Source: Bdellovibrionota bacterium
GTDB lineage: Bacteria > Bdellovibrionota_C > UBA2361 > JAAYZI01
DNA length: 64,000 bases
Reading direction: 5' to 3'
NCBI GenBank assembly: GCA_050950765.1
Contig: JBMNIF010000003.1
Span: forward strand, 160,001-224,000
Made by a program: the position numbers and the translations under genes. This document shows positions 32,001 through 42,217 of this stretch, piece after piece. Each line of letters begins with the position of its first letter. Positions within the stretch are counted from its first letter, which is position 1. The notes under the pieces are model-generated. The model made no database searches. It saw only the letters and a program-made list of their open reading frames with translations, and was not told where the DNA came from.

Positions 32001-32982
32001 GTGGTTGATATCTCTTACTAATTTCAGCTATCGCTGCAATATGTTGCGGCGTTGTGCCACAACAGCCACCGACAATATTCACCAACCCCTCTGCCATAAA
32101 CTCAGCCAGATTTTCAGCAAACATCTGTGGAGTTTCATCATACCCACCTATTTCATTAGGCAAACCCGCATTAGGGTGTGCTGAGATTAATACATCTGCC
32201 TGCGAGGAAAGCTCTTGAATATGTGGCTTTAACTGTTTTGCTCCAAGCGCACAATTAAATCCGATGCTGATTAAGGTCGGTATATGTTGCAAGGAGAAGA
32301 GAAAGGCTTGCGGTGTTTGCCCTGATAAGGTTCTGCCACTCTGATCCGTTATCGTTCCAGAAATCATTACAGGTATATTAGTACCCACCTCTTTTGAAAG
32401 CTTAGCAATAGCGTAAGCAGCTGCTTTAGCATTAAGGGTGTCAAAGATCGTTTCAATCAATAAAGCATCAGACCCCCCCTCCCACAGACCTTTTGCAGCG
32501 TAACCATAAGCATCGACCAATTCATCAAAGGTAATATCTCTTTTTCCAGGATCGTTTACATCAGGTGAGATGGAAGCAGATTTTGAGGTCGGCCCCAAAA
32601 CGCCACAGACGAAACGGGGCTTTTGAAGATCTTGTGTTGTAAATTCATCAGCTGCTGCACGTGCGATTGCGGCACCGTAATAATTTAATTCAAAGACCGT
32701 TTTCGGATCGATCTGATAATCCGCCTGCGAGATTGTAGTAGAATTAAAGGTATTTGTTTCTATCAGATCAGCACCGGCAGCTAGATAGCTCTTATGGATC
32801 TCTTTAATAATTTCCGGCTTAGTAATGTTTAAAATATCGTTGTTACCTTTTAACTCCTGAGGGTGATCTATAAAACGTTTGCCTCTAAAGTCTTTTTCAG
32901 AGAGAGCATACCCTTGAATCATAGTGCCCATTGCACCATCAAGGATCAGAATTCTTTTTTTTGCACCTTCTAAAATTGACAT
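29053..32982 (-). CDS. metH: B12-dependent methionine synthase
   Basis: [39 protein letters not shown] and SGLITPSL motifs, plus activation domain. Confidence 0.97.
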   Translation of the reverse strand: MSILEGAKKRILILDGAMGTMIQGYALSEKDFRGKRFIDHPQELKGNNDILNITKPEIIKEIHKSYLAAGADLIETNTFNSTTISQADYQIDPKTVFELNYYGAAIARAAADEFTTQDLQKPRFVCGVLGPTSKSASISPDVNDPGKRDITFDELVDAYGYAAKGLWEGGSDALLIETIFDTLNAKAAAYAIAKLSKEVGTNIPVMISGTITDQSGRTLSGQTPQAFLFSLQHIPTLISIGFNCALGAKQLKPHIQELSSQADVLISAHPNAGLPNEIGGYDETPQMFAENLAEFMAEGLVNIVGGCCGTTPQHIAAIAEISKRYQPRQNLKRSKYLTLSGLEALTVGAETEGGASFINIGERTNVAGSKKFLRLIKDEDFSSALVVARAQVQAGAQIIDINMDDGLIDGKSAMTTFLNLLAGEPDIARVPLMIDSSKWEIISAALRCVQGKCIVNSISLKHGESEFLEQAEEIASCGAAVVVMAFDEQGQADTFEKKIAVCERSYHLLCQHGFNPADIIFDPNVLTVATGIEAHNTYGVAFIESVRWIKQHLPAAKVSAGVSNVSFAFRGNNIVREAMHTVFLYHAISAGLDMAIVNPEQLLVYEEIPLNLRSAVEDVILNRRSDATDRLLTLAAELKEAGVQIQSKHQNRDDAWRGSDISERLAYSMVKGVDDFIAEDIKEALESYKTSLAIIEGPLMAGMNRVGDLFGAGKMFLPQVVKSARVMKKAVACLMPVIEEEKKNNPDLAKSVGKFVIATVKGDVHDIGKNIVSVVLACNGFEIIDLGVMVPCEEIIAAAKQDGVVAVGLSGLITPSLDEMVHVASEMERSGLTMPLIIGGATTSETHTALKIAPAYKHGVVYVPDASRMVPVLKKITKDTTRGAFLADLERKQEMIRSEYADKMIQTLSLEEARAKRYRCNFAKTLPETPKFLGIKKYQNFPLSELLAAIDWTGFFSAWGLKGRYPEILRSPLYGDPAKKLFTDAENVLHEIVEKKLLEASGVVGIFPANALSDDIEIYSDEDRSTVIATIHTMRRQLCAVQDEPCLALSDFIAPKDSGLKDYLGLFALTAGKGIERLIAAAEKRNDDYRLIMIKALADRLVEAFSETLHREIRQKLWGYEATTSKKNVTCGCCEGAQGICPAIGYPILPDHSGKKVSLDLLGVQGIRPAIEYPILPDHSGKKVSLDLLGAQGICPAIGYPILPDHSGKKVLFDLLGAQGIRPAIGYPILPDHSGKKVLFDLLGVTEATGITLTENFAMYPAASVCGLYLANPEARYFSVGRLAEDQLQDYATRKGVELSDLLKFIRLS
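29250..29577 (-). repeat. Four tandem 81-bp (27-aa) in-frame repeats inside metH
   Basis: CACCTAAAAGATCG recurs at 29250, 29331, 29412 and 29493. Confidence 0.95.
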
Positions 32983-33071
32983 AACGGAGTAGGAAGAACC
33001 ACAACGGGAAGTGAGTTGAGAGCGGTGCGGATAACTTTTCTCACTACTTCCGCACCGACACAGAATATCTT

Positions 33072-33497
33072 CTATGCAATAGTGATCTTTTTAACTTGCG
33101 TACTGGATGACTTTACTAAACGAATTTTCAAAACTCCATCTTTCAATTCGGCAGACGGATCATCTGTTGCTGATAAGGCTGAAAAATCAAAGCTCCTGCT
33201 CCCGACCATAGCCCCCCTTTCTTGTAAGAGATAATCTTTTTCCACCTCTTCCTCTTCAGGATCTGTAACAGTAATAATTAATTTTCCACCTTCAAGACTA
33301 ACAGCAATATTCTCTTTCTCCACACCAGGGAGATCCACCTGCACAAGATAAGCATCACCCTCCTCAATGACATCAGCAACGAACGGTCGTCTTCCGGTAA
33401 AAGAAGAGATCTGACGTTCTGCCATTTTTATAGCATCACCAACAGATGAAGAGAGATTATCAATAATATTTCCAATTCCTTGATCTCTTAACACCAT
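33072..33497 (-). CDS. Hsp20/alpha-crystallin small heat-shock protein
   Basis: DVIEEGDAY...[16 protein letters not shown] and [10 protein letters not shown] motifs; start after GGAGG at 33497. Confidence 0.88.
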   Translation of the reverse strand: MVLRDQGIGNIIDNLSSSVGDAIKMAERQISSFTGRRPFVADVIEEGDAYLVQVDLPGVEKENIAVSLEGGKLIITVTDPEEEEVEKDYLLQERGAMVGSRSFDFSALSATDDPSAELKDGVLKIRLVKSSSTQVKKITIA

Positions 33498-33734
33498 TTT
33501 AGCCTCCCTATATTCGTAGGATTTAACAACGACAGAGCTAGTATAACCGCTAAAAATAGCGCTGCACAACTGGCACTTTTTTATCCAAAAAAGTATTATT
33601 TTAAAAGAGGCATGAGGATAAAAGTTAAAAACAATCCCTACGAAATGTAACTTTTGGGATGTTTTTAAGGTACGCAAACAGAAGGATTAAAATACTCTTG
33701 CCTACTTTTAACTCTTACGGAAGAATCGACTTCT

Positions 33735-34772
33735 ATGAAAATTATCTTACGCTTTTTTATCTTAGCTATTGTTATAGCGATCGTTGTACTTGGGGTCGGA
33801 GGATACACCTATCACCAATTAAAACTTTGGGGCACGCGCGTTACCCCCTTAGAGCAAGCAGTAGTAATTGATCTAAAAAAAGGTTCTTCCTTAAGGGAGT
33901 TCAGTAAGCAGCTAGAGAGCGCCCAGTTGATCGATAAAGCTATTAAGTTTGAAGTTTGGACACGCCTTTTCTCTTCATATTCCCGTTTTCAAGCTGGTCC
34001 ATATCGCTTTAAAAATAAAGTTTCTCCCCGCTTGATAGCAAGGAAGGTGATAAAGGGTGATGTTTATCGTCCTGTCGTCTTTAAGATTACCATCCCAGAA
34101 GGGTTCACATACAAACAATTTGCTGCAAGAATGCAGCAGCAAGGTGTCGGAGATGAAGAAGAATTTAAAGCTCTTTTTACAGATAAGGATCTTTTGTCGG
34201 AGTTGAATGTACCCTCCACTTCACTAGAAGGCTTTTTATATCCGGCTACATACTCTTTTATTTATATGCCTACTGCAAAAGATGTAATAAGAAAGAGTGT
34301 AAAAACTTTTTACCACAACCTGCCTGAGAATTACGTTGAACACCTTGCGCCACTCGGAATAAACCTCCTCCAAGCAGTTACGATAGCGTCATTAATTGAG
34401 TTAGAGACTCCGCAGAGATCAGAGAAGCCCCTTATTTCAGAGGTCATCTGGCGCAGATTAAAAGCTGCCATGCCACTAGGTATTGATGCCGCTATTATTT
34501 ACGGCATACCTGATTATAACGGCAACATTTCAGCCAAACACCTAGCAGATGCTACAAATCCCTACAACACAAGGATCCATAAAGGGCTACCGCCAACGCC
34601 GATAGGTTCTCCTGCGCTAGATTCGTTAATGGCAGTTATACACTATGCAGACGCTGGGAATTATTATTTTGTAGTAGATCCGGATAATCCGAAGCGTCAT
34701 ATTTTCTCCAAAAACTTTAAAGAACACTCTAAAAACGTGCGCAAATATGTCGCTGCAATAAAACGTCGTTAA
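33735..34772 (+). CDS. mltG: Endolytic transglycosylase MltG
   Basis: ITIPEG, LEGFLYPATY, IASLIELE and NPYNTRIHKGLPPTPI motifs. Confidence 0.92.
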   Translation: MKIILRFFILAIVIAIVVLGVGGYTYHQLKLWGTRVTPLEQAVVIDLKKGSSLREFSKQLESAQLIDKAIKFEVWTRLFSSYSRFQAGPYRFKNKVSPRLIARKVIKGDVYRPVVFKITIPEGFTYKQFAARMQQQGVGDEEEFKALFTDKDLLSELNVPSTSLEGFLYPATYSFIYMPTAKDVIRKSVKTFYHNLPENYVEHLAPLGINLLQAVTIASLIELETPQRSEKPLISEVIWRRLKAAMPLGIDAAIIYGIPDYNGNISAKHLADATNPYNTRIHKGLPPTPIGSPALDSLMAVIHYADAGNYYFVVDPDNPKRHIFSKNFKEHSKNVRKYVAAIKRR

Positions 34773-34992
34773 TATGCTTTTTTACACGGTTTTTTACATG
34801 AAAGATCTATTATTTTTTTAATTATCGAACAGGTTTACCTTGCTGATAAGATAGCAAAGTGTAATAGTTTAGAGGTTGTTTATAAACATTAGTTTTAGTA
34901 TGCGCTAAGATTAAGTGTTTACTTTTCAGATCGATCTCCTTGTATTAAATGATCGGTCGTGCGCTTTTTTTTCTTCCATTTTGGAGTGTCAG

Positions 34993-35700
34993 ATGCGTTT
35001 ACGTAATTTAGTTACAATATTATTAACTTTGGTTGCTACTCCGGCAGGAGCAGAAGAACCTGCTGTCAAACTTACTACTGATGCAGAGAAGCTTAGCTAC
35101 GCCATTGGAGTTGATATGGTTGAGGCGATGGATCAGATGCCGAAGGATCTAAATCTAAATAGAGAGCTTGTTGTAAGGGGTCTTCAGGATGCCTTAAAAG
35201 GCAAGGAAGTTTTAACTTCTGACGAGAGAAAGAAGATCAAGATCGATTTTGGAAAAAAGATGCAGGAAGAGATGGAAAAAAAGATTGAAGAGAAACGGAA
35301 CGAAAATATCGCTAAAGGCAAGGAGTTTTTAGAGAAGAACAAAGTTCGCCCTGAAGTGAAGACCACCGCTAGCGGACTTCAATATGAAATACTTACGGAA
35401 GGTACAGGTGAACAACCACAAGCAACTGATACAGTGAGTGTTCATTATAAAGGTTTTCTTATAAATGGCGAAGAGTTCGACAGCTCATATGCTCGTAAAC
35501 AACCAGCTTCATTTCCACTTAACGGCGTTATTAAAGGCTGGGGCGAAGGTGTGCAGTTAATGAAAGTAGGTTCTAAGTTCAAATTTTATCTACCTTCAGA
35601 TCTCGCTTATGGAGAACGTGGAGCTCCACCAAAAATCGGACCAAATGAAACTTTAATTTTTGAAGTTGAATTATTAAGTATCACTCCTTCAACGAAGTAG
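34993..35700 (+). CDS. FKBP-type peptidyl-prolyl isomerase (FkpA/Mip-like)
   Basis: SYAIG, TASGLQY, VHYKG, FDSSY, VIKGW and TLIFEVELL motifs. Confidence 0.93.
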   Translation: MRLRNLVTILLTLVATPAGAEEPAVKLTTDAEKLSYAIGVDMVEAMDQMPKDLNLNRELVVRGLQDALKGKEVLTSDERKKIKIDFGKKMQEEMEKKIEEKRNENIAKGKEFLEKNKVRPEVKTTASGLQYEILTEGTGEQPQATDTVSVHYKGFLINGEEFDSSYARKQPASFPLNGVIKGWGEGVQLMKVGSKFKFYLPSDLAYGERGAPPKIGPNETLIFEVELLSITPSTK

Positions 35701-35728
35701 TCACTACTTAATACAAAGTTGATACAAT

Positions 35729-35790
35729 AAGTGCCTCTTTATCGATTCAATCAAAGCGCAAAATAAAGCGTTGAACGATAAGAGGCACTT
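35729..35790. terminator. Long inverted repeat between convergent genes, probable terminator
   Basis: AAGTGCCTCTT...AAGAGGCACTT stem with further internal pairing. Confidence 0.55.
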
Positions 35791-35883
35791 CATAATGATA
35801 AGTGACGATAAGGTTTATCGTCAGATTTTATAATGTAAAAAATTATAATTATATTATAACTACAAAAGTTTTAATTTATATAT

Positions 35884-36186
35884 CTACAAAATCCTATTCG
35901 GAGTAGCTAACGACCTAGCAATCTGCAAGCCGCCTTCTGTTATCTGCCACATCTTGGAGGTAAAATCTCCAGCAGGATTTGGAGAAACAAACTTGTGACC
36001 TTCTAATATAAATAAAGATCGTTGTGCTTCACCCTCATCACTACCTAATGCAGCTGCCAGTTCTTGAATATGATATTGTCGAACACTATGCGCATCAGCT
36101 CCCTCTGACATCTTTCTAAGAAGCGCTATCTGCGGGATTAGCCGATCTGCATCATTATTTTTTTTTCCTGTTTTGGAGTTGGTCAT
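35884..36186 (-). CDS. Hypothetical protein, possible winged helix
   Basis: IQELAAALG...AQRSLFILEGHKFV...WQITEGG pattern. Confidence 0.55.
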   Translation of the reverse strand: MTNSKTGKKNNDADRLIPQIALLRKMSEGADAHSVRQYHIQELAAALGSDEGEAQRSLFILEGHKFVSPNPAGDFTSKMWQITEGGLQIARSLATPNRIL

Positions 36187-36380
36187 ATAAATTATCTTTC
36201 CTCACAAAAAAATACTTATAAAAAGGGACACTGAAGGATATAACACTATCTCAAATAAAGCAAGGCGAACGGTATTTTACGCTATGCCTCATTGTTAGTG
36301 TCGCCGCACGAAAAAGGTTTAGGGAACTTTCGGGGGGTGCTAGTTATAGCAGTTTTACTCCTTCAGAGGGCAATTTAACT

Positions 36381-37034
36381 TTATTCCCCCAACTGTTGTT
36401 CAACTAAGCGAGTATATTCATCTTCAAGATCCTGTTTCTGCTGTTTAATCTGAGTTAGGCGTTCATTAATGGAGGCATGCTCGGTTATTAGATCCCTAAG
36501 CAAGGCACCGGCAGAGCTTAAAACTTTTGAGAGATCATCTAGGACATCTTTCTGATCAGGAGTTAGCTCCAACTCCTGAACCATCCCATCCAACTCCTTT
36601 AAAGCCTCTGCCAAACAGCGTTCTAATGCTACGGACTCCGTCGAGATATCCTCATAAGAAGACAATAGACCGGCCAATCTTGACTCATCTTCCTCATTGG
36701 AAGATTTCAGCTCTTGCTGTTGTGCTTCTTTTTTCTCAACGAGCTCCTGAGCTTGATCTAGTTTTGACTCAATCCCCTCTAGGCAGGCACGCCCCTTCTC
36801 TAAGTCTTCGGTAACCTGCTTAAGCATATTAGTTAGCGTTTCCAACTGAGCCTTTGAAGCACACATCTCACCACTTTTAATTAAGTTGGCGATCGTTTCT
36901 TCAATTTTTTTAATATTACTGATGGTCGCATCCTTTGAAGAACTTTGAGAAGCTCCCATTTCTTTATAAACAAAGAATGCAGCACCAACTATAATTACTA
37001 TAGCCACTATTAGAGCAATAATAAGTCCTGTCAT
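36381..37034 (-). CDS. Membrane-anchored coiled-coil protein
   Basis: N-terminal TM helix followed by acidic heptad-rich sequence. Confidence 0.7.
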   Translation of the reverse strand: MTGLIIALIVAIVIIVGAAFFVYKEMGASQSSSKDATISNIKKIEETIANLIKSGEMCASKAQLETLTNMLKQVTEDLEKGRACLEGIESKLDQAQELVEKKEAQQQELKSSNEEDESRLAGLLSSYEDISTESVALERCLAEALKELDGMVQELELTPDQKDVLDDLSKVLSSAGALLRDLITEHASINERLTQIKQQKQDLEDEYTRLVEQQLGE

Positions 37035-37130
37035 TATTTCACCTACCTAAAGTGATAAAAAACGCACTCAAACTTACACTATGTTGTAGCAGAATTACAA
37101 AATACTGAATACAGGGAAAAAAATTTTCTT

Positions 37131-37512
37131 AAAATGTTATGGTTCTTATAGTGGACACATATTTAGTGTCTGTTGGGAAATACCAATTTCTAGGGGAAAA
37201 AGATCTTCGCAAAATGTTATGGTTCTTATAGTGGATACGTATTTAGTATCTGTTGGAAAATACCAATTTCTAGGGGAAAAAGATCTTCGCAAAATGTTGT
37301 GGTCTTATACTAGACACCTAATTATATAAAAACAGGGGGTGTAAGATTTTCAAGGAGGAAAAAACTTTCTTGAGATGTTGTGGTTCTTATAGTGGGTACG
37401 TATTTAGTGTCTGTTGGGAAATACCAATTTCTAGGGGAAAAAGATCTTCGCAAGATGTTGTGGTTCTTATAGTGGGCACATATTATACTAAGCAGGAGGT
37501 CGTAAGATTTTT
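37131..37512. repeat. Five ~80-bp tandem units (A-A-B-A-B pattern) in a divergent intergenic region
   Basis: ATGTTRTGGTTCTTATA-like leader recurs in units starting near 37131, 37211, 37291, 37372 and 37452. Confidence 0.88.
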
Positions 37513-37577
37513 AAACAATTTTTCTTACAATCCCTCAAAATTTTAGCCTCAAATTTAAAATTTTAGGAGAATAAGTT

Positions 37578-38745
37578 ATGCCAAGTCGATTTTTTAGTTT
37601 TTTTATTTTCCTTTACTCTCTTACCATCAATCTTCAACCGGCATATGCTGACGAAGCAGCCAATATTAAAGCATTAGAGCAAACAGGGTGTACAGCTGAA
37701 ATCCTGATGGAGGCTGAAAGTGGTGACATAATCTATGAGATAAATTCAGATAAGCCCCTACCACCTGCTTCTATGGTAAAAATAATGACCACATATATTA
37801 CACTACAACAGGTAAAAAGTGGTGATTTAAAATGGGACGATATAGTTACGACATCGGCGTTTGCCTCTAAGATCGGGGGTTCTCAGGTTTATTTAAGAGA
37901 GAAGGAGCAATTTACTTTACGTCAGATGCTTGATGCCGTTTTGATTCAATCAGCGAACGATGCTGCTACTGCCATAGCCGAGCATATCGCTGGTTCTCAA
38001 GAGGGGTTTGTTGAATTGATGAATGCAGAGGCTGCAAGGTTAGGGATGAAGAACACCTCATTTCATTCTGCTCACGGACTTCCGCCAGCTAAGGATCAAT
38101 TACCTGACCTCGTTTCCGCACGTGATATGGCGATCCTTTCTAGGGCGCTAATCACAGATTTTCCCGAAGTTTTAGAGACGACTTCTAAAAAAGAGGCGGG
38201 CTTTAGAGATGGAACATTTATTATGCGCAATCACAACCACCTCCTGCATAGATTTCCAGGTTGTGACGGTATAAAGACAGGTTACTATGCGAAAGCTGGA
38301 TTCGGTGTTTCTACGACTGCCCTAAGAAAAGGGGGTGCGGCTAATTGCCGTCGTAATGGGATGTCAAAAACGCGACAAGCGCGATGCTGAGGCAGCACGT
38401 CTTCTTTCAAGTGGCTTTGCAAAATATCGTGCTCTAAATATCGTAAAGAAAGGAGAGGCGATAGCGGAGAAAGTTCCTGTCATTGATGCTTTGGAGAGAG
38501 AGATTTCGCCTATTGCTAAAGATGATATTAAAGTTATTATCAAAGCAGAAGATCGGGAGAACGTAGTAACAGATATTAAACCTTGTGAAAAAGTAACGGC
38601 ACCGGTGGAAAAAGGCTCAACTTGTGGTGAGATAACGGTATCTTTAAATGGTACTGTTATAGGCAGGACAGATCTTATTATCGATAAGGATCTGTCAAGG
38701 TTAGGTTTTAAGGACCGCTGGCTGCGCAAGATCGGGTGGTTCTAA
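37578..38745 (+). pseudogene. D-alanyl-D-alanine carboxypeptidase (S11, DacA-like) with a +1 frameshift; true pseudogene or assembly error
   Basis: PASMVK, SANDAA and GIKTG motifs; removing one G from 38331-38335 gives ALRKGVRLIAVV and joins the PBP5 C-terminal domain. Confidence 0.85.
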
Positions 38746-38809
38746 CGTATCGCACTAGATTTAATCTGATGGCGTTAAGTTTAGTGCGTGTCACTCCCTT
38801 CAGGGGCTC

Positions 38810-39987
38810 TAGCCCTTCAGGGGCAGTTGAGCGGGCGATACTACAAAACGACTTAGCTAGACCTGTACGGGGGGGTAAAAATCTGGTGCCACCCTTTGGT
38901 TTGCGCTTTGGGTTGGCTAGGCACTGGTGCCACCCACCAGTGCTAAAAGACTCTAAAATCACAACAGCTAATAATATCAAGACGTTGGCAAAAACCAAAA
39001 ATCTGGTAGTTTTGGTGCCACCCTTCAGTTGGGGCAGTTCAGCTAGCTTTGTCACTGGTGCCACCCTTTAGTGACGACTGGATGGGCTGATACTACAGAA
39101 CGACTTAGCTAGACCTGTACGGGGGTTAAAAATCTGGTGCCACCCTTTAGTTTTGCCGCTTTGGGGCTAGGCTTTGGTGCCACCCTTTAGTTTTACCGCT
39201 TTGGGTTGGCTGGTAGTTTTGGTGCCACCCTTCAGTTTGGGCAGTTATCACTGGTGCCACCCTTTGGTTTGGCAGTTTTGGTGTTTGGCAGTTTTGGTGC
39301 CACCCTTTAGTGACGACTGGACGGGCTGATACTACAAAACGACTTAGCTAGACCTGTACGGGGGGTAAAAATCTGGTGCCACCCTTCTGTTTTACCGCTT
39401 TGGGTTGGCTAGGCTTTGGTGCCACCCTTCTGTCTATGGCTGAATGGCTGGTGCCACCCACCAGTGCTAAAAGACTCTAAAATCACAACAGCTAATAATA
39501 TCAAGACTTTGGCAAAAACCCAAAATTCGGTAGTTTTGGTGCCACCCTTCAGTTTTACCGCTTTGAGTTGGCTAGGCTTTGGTGCCACCCTTTAGTGACG
39601 ACTGGGCGGGCTGATACTACAAAACGACTTAGCTAGACCTGTACGGGGGTTAAAAATCTGGTGCCACCCTTTAGTTTTGCCGCTTTGGGGCTAGGCTTTG
39701 GTGCCACCCTTTAGTTTTACCGCTTTGGGTTGGCTGGTAGTTTTGGTGCCACCCTTCTGTTTTACCGCTTTGGGTTGGCTAGGCTTTGGTGCCACCCTTC
39801 TACTCTACCACCTTTAAAAAATCCTTAGGTACTTTTTCTAGGTACTTTTTTAAAAGCACTCTTCTGAACAATTCTTCTTATATTTCAATATGTTAACTTT
39901 TAGCACAACCAATTTTTAACAAAAAATCAGAAAAAACTCGGAAGTCAGCTAACGGAGAACGGTTAAAAAAACTGGTGCCACCCTTTA
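38810..39987 (+). repeat. GGTGCCACCC mosaic array 2 (19 cores, all +)
   Basis: Cores from 38885 to 39974 separated by recurring spacer modules. Confidence 0.95.
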
Positions 39988-39993
39988 GCGTTA

Positions 39994-40485
39994 TCACCTT
40001 ACATATTCTTTAACGATATCCAAATCATTATCAACACCTTTAACAACACCATCAGGACCGATGATCACGATAGTTGGTATCGCAATCATACGAAATGAAA
40101 CATAAGCCTCATCACGAACATCATTACCGGAGAAGGCGTGTTTTACTCCATCCAACCCTTGCAAATAAATCATATTTTTTAAGGTTGATAATCTATCAAA
40201 TCTGTCAATACTGACCGCAATAAATTCAGTATTCGGATTTTTATGTGTTCGGGCATAATCGCTTAATTCAGTGATAAGAGTTTTTGAACGACTACACCAC
40301 GTCGCCCAAAACATTAAAACGACCGTCTTGCCACGGTATCGACGTAAAGAAACATAATCACCGTCAAGGAATGAAACCCTTGCCGCAGGAGCTGTTTTAT
40401 TCACTAAAGCTAACGTTTCATCAGAGATAGTTGAGCAACCTGTTAATAGAGAAAATAATAAGGAGGCTAAAAATATCTTTTTCAT
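39994..40485 (-). CDS. TlpA/ResA-like thioredoxin-fold lipoprotein (CxxS)
   Basis: Lipobox LTGC; GKTVVLMFWATWCSRS and AIPTIVIIGPDG motifs. Confidence 0.8.
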   Translation of the reverse strand: MKKIFLASLLFSLLTGCSTISDETLALVNKTAPAARVSFLDGDYVSLRRYRGKTVVLMFWATWCSRSKTLITELSDYARTHKNPNTEFIAVSIDRFDRLSTLKNMIYLQGLDGVKHAFSGNDVRDEAYVSFRMIAIPTIVIIGPDGVVKGVDNDLDIVKEYVR

Positions 40486-40671
40486 GATCAATAAATCCAA
40501 AATGATAGACAAAAAAAGTTGAAAGATTTTTTTCCTTTCAGTGACAGACTTGACTACCTCAAACGCGGTAATCTAGATCTATAAAAATACGATCGCAACA
40601 AACAAAAAGCATTTACCATTTTAAGCGGTGTACTTCACTTGGAAGGGTTCCATTGCAGCAGTAGAGACTTC

Positions 40672-41256
40672 TTACAGTTCAACAACTTCTCGACCTATCC
40701 GATCAAGGAGTTGTACAGGCTGCGGACGCATCATCCATAAAAGAAGGATACTAAAAACAGTGAGGAGAAGAGCACTGCCCACGCTCTTTAAAACAGTCAC
40801 ACTAAGCACAAAGCCCACTGAGGATATTAACCCAGCAAGCCCATAACAGATAATTAAAAAGGGGGTGTACCTTCTAAGGACTTCAATAATTCTCACCTCC
40901 CTTTCTGTAATCTCCTCTACTGCTGCCGTAGGTATAGCAAGTTTTATATTGTTTTTTAGGGCTGCTATAAATCCTTCAGAAAAGTTAGTTTTTTGATATA
41001 TTTTCTTCAAAAATTTTGTAGAATCGATCCTTTTACAGATATAAAAAACAACGAGTACCCATAATAAAGCAAAAAAATACCGTGGCATTATAAAAAACAC
41101 ATCGCTGGATGGCAGCTCACCTCTTTCGACGGCATATTCAACCATAGAATTGCAGACGAAAAGATTTATTAGATCTCCCATTATAATAGAGCCCCATACG
41201 ATCGTAAGCACTATCTGTTGTTTTTTGACATATTTAGTTGTCGCACTTGAAAGCAT
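40672..41256 (-). CDS. Hypothetical membrane protein
   Basis: 194-aa ORF with about four hydrophobic segments. Confidence 0.6.
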   Translation of the reverse strand: MLSSATTKYVKKQQIVLTIVWGSIIMGDLINLFVCNSMVEYAVERGELPSSDVFFIMPRYFFALLWVLVVFYICKRIDSTKFLKKIYQKTNFSEGFIAALKNNIKLAIPTAAVEEITEREVRIIEVLRRYTPFLIICYGLAGLISSVGFVLSVTVLKSVGSALLLTVFSILLLWMMRPQPVQLLDRIGREVVEL

Positions 41257-41346
41257 ATCTGCACACCTTTTAATAAAGCATAAATAGTAACTTCTTTCTT
41301 GTTAATATAATAAGATAAGATCTAGACTCCCTTCAATCTGATATTT

Positions 41347-41768
41347 TTAAAAACCTTTTATCGCTCGATAAGGCCCTAATATCTTGTCTATTGTTGATTT
41401 ACTGATTGATAAAAGCAGCGCCTTTGATTCTTCCTTATATTGCCTAATTTCGACCTCCTCTAGCCCTTTCATCCAAGCTGCCATGTCAGCTTTCATAATT
41501 GCTGAACAGGGATACTCTTTTATTCGCCACACCTGCCTAAGAGCTTGCTAAATTTTGGATCTTCGTACTATTTGATCGCACAAGATGTCTAATTTTACAC
41601 GGCAACCAACATTTTTGGGCTTACTTAGACGCAATGATTGATGTCCAGTTTATTTTCAACCTTCTTTAAATATTCCTCTTTCTTCTTCTTATTTGCACTC
41701 TGATATTTACGCCTAACGTATTCTAAAAAATACTCTTTTTCCTCTTTGTCCATACCCTCTTTGTCCAT
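41347..41768 (-). pseudogene. Truncated and decayed transposase N-terminus (integrase-core type)
   Basis: EKEYFLEYVRRKYQSANKKKKEEYL...ALRQVWRIKEYPCS...LLLSISKSTIDKILGPYR; internal stops; no catalytic domain. Confidence 0.6.
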
Positions 41769-42217
41769 AATCCCTCCCCACTATTTCAGTGACATTAATT
41801 ACAAGCCATAACGTAAGAATATAAAAATTTACTTAGTTTTTGAAAGCTAGTAAAATACCAGCGGTAAATATTGGTGCAATAAGTATCGATATTTATTTGC
41901 TGACATTGGCGCTTTGCACTGGCATTGCGTCAACAAGGTTCATACTGAATGTTTCACAATAAATAATCGAATTCGATTATCGTGAGGATTTGGTGTGTCT
42001 AAAAGTGCAAAAACAGTCTGCCTAGCGCAGTAGCTTTTACAGCTACGGTGATCTTGGCAGTGTATGTATGGTGTGCTGCTTGGTTGTATTGACTTCTTAC
42101 TAACTTAAAGAGAGTCAAGATAATTACAGCATAAAAAATGAAGCAATTATACTTTTAGCGTAATTGCTTTAAAACAATCCGCTAGTACTAGCTTCTGCTA
42201 GTTAGGAAGGACTTGCT

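Noticed and set aside
32983..33071. SAM or cobalamin riboswitch upstream of metH
   Set aside because: Only 89 bp with a CGGTGCGGA/TCCGCACCG hairpin; I could not recognise riboswitch consensus elements
37131..37512. CRISPR array or NrdR boxes
   Set aside because: Whole units are repeated rather than having unique spacers; the palindrome is one base short of the NrdR box spacing and no nrd gene is adjacent
38708..39071. Short ORFs with GGT/WCHP/LVPP motifs (also 12210-12450, 49695-49907, 50352-50673, 51842-52057, 56410-56607, 63001-63467)
   Set aside because: They are translations of the GGTGCCACCC arrays, open on both strands, with no independent coding evidence
38810..39987. CRISPR array
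   Set aside because: The core is only 10-13 nt, spacers range from about 20 to over 100 nt and are reused, and no cas genes are in the window
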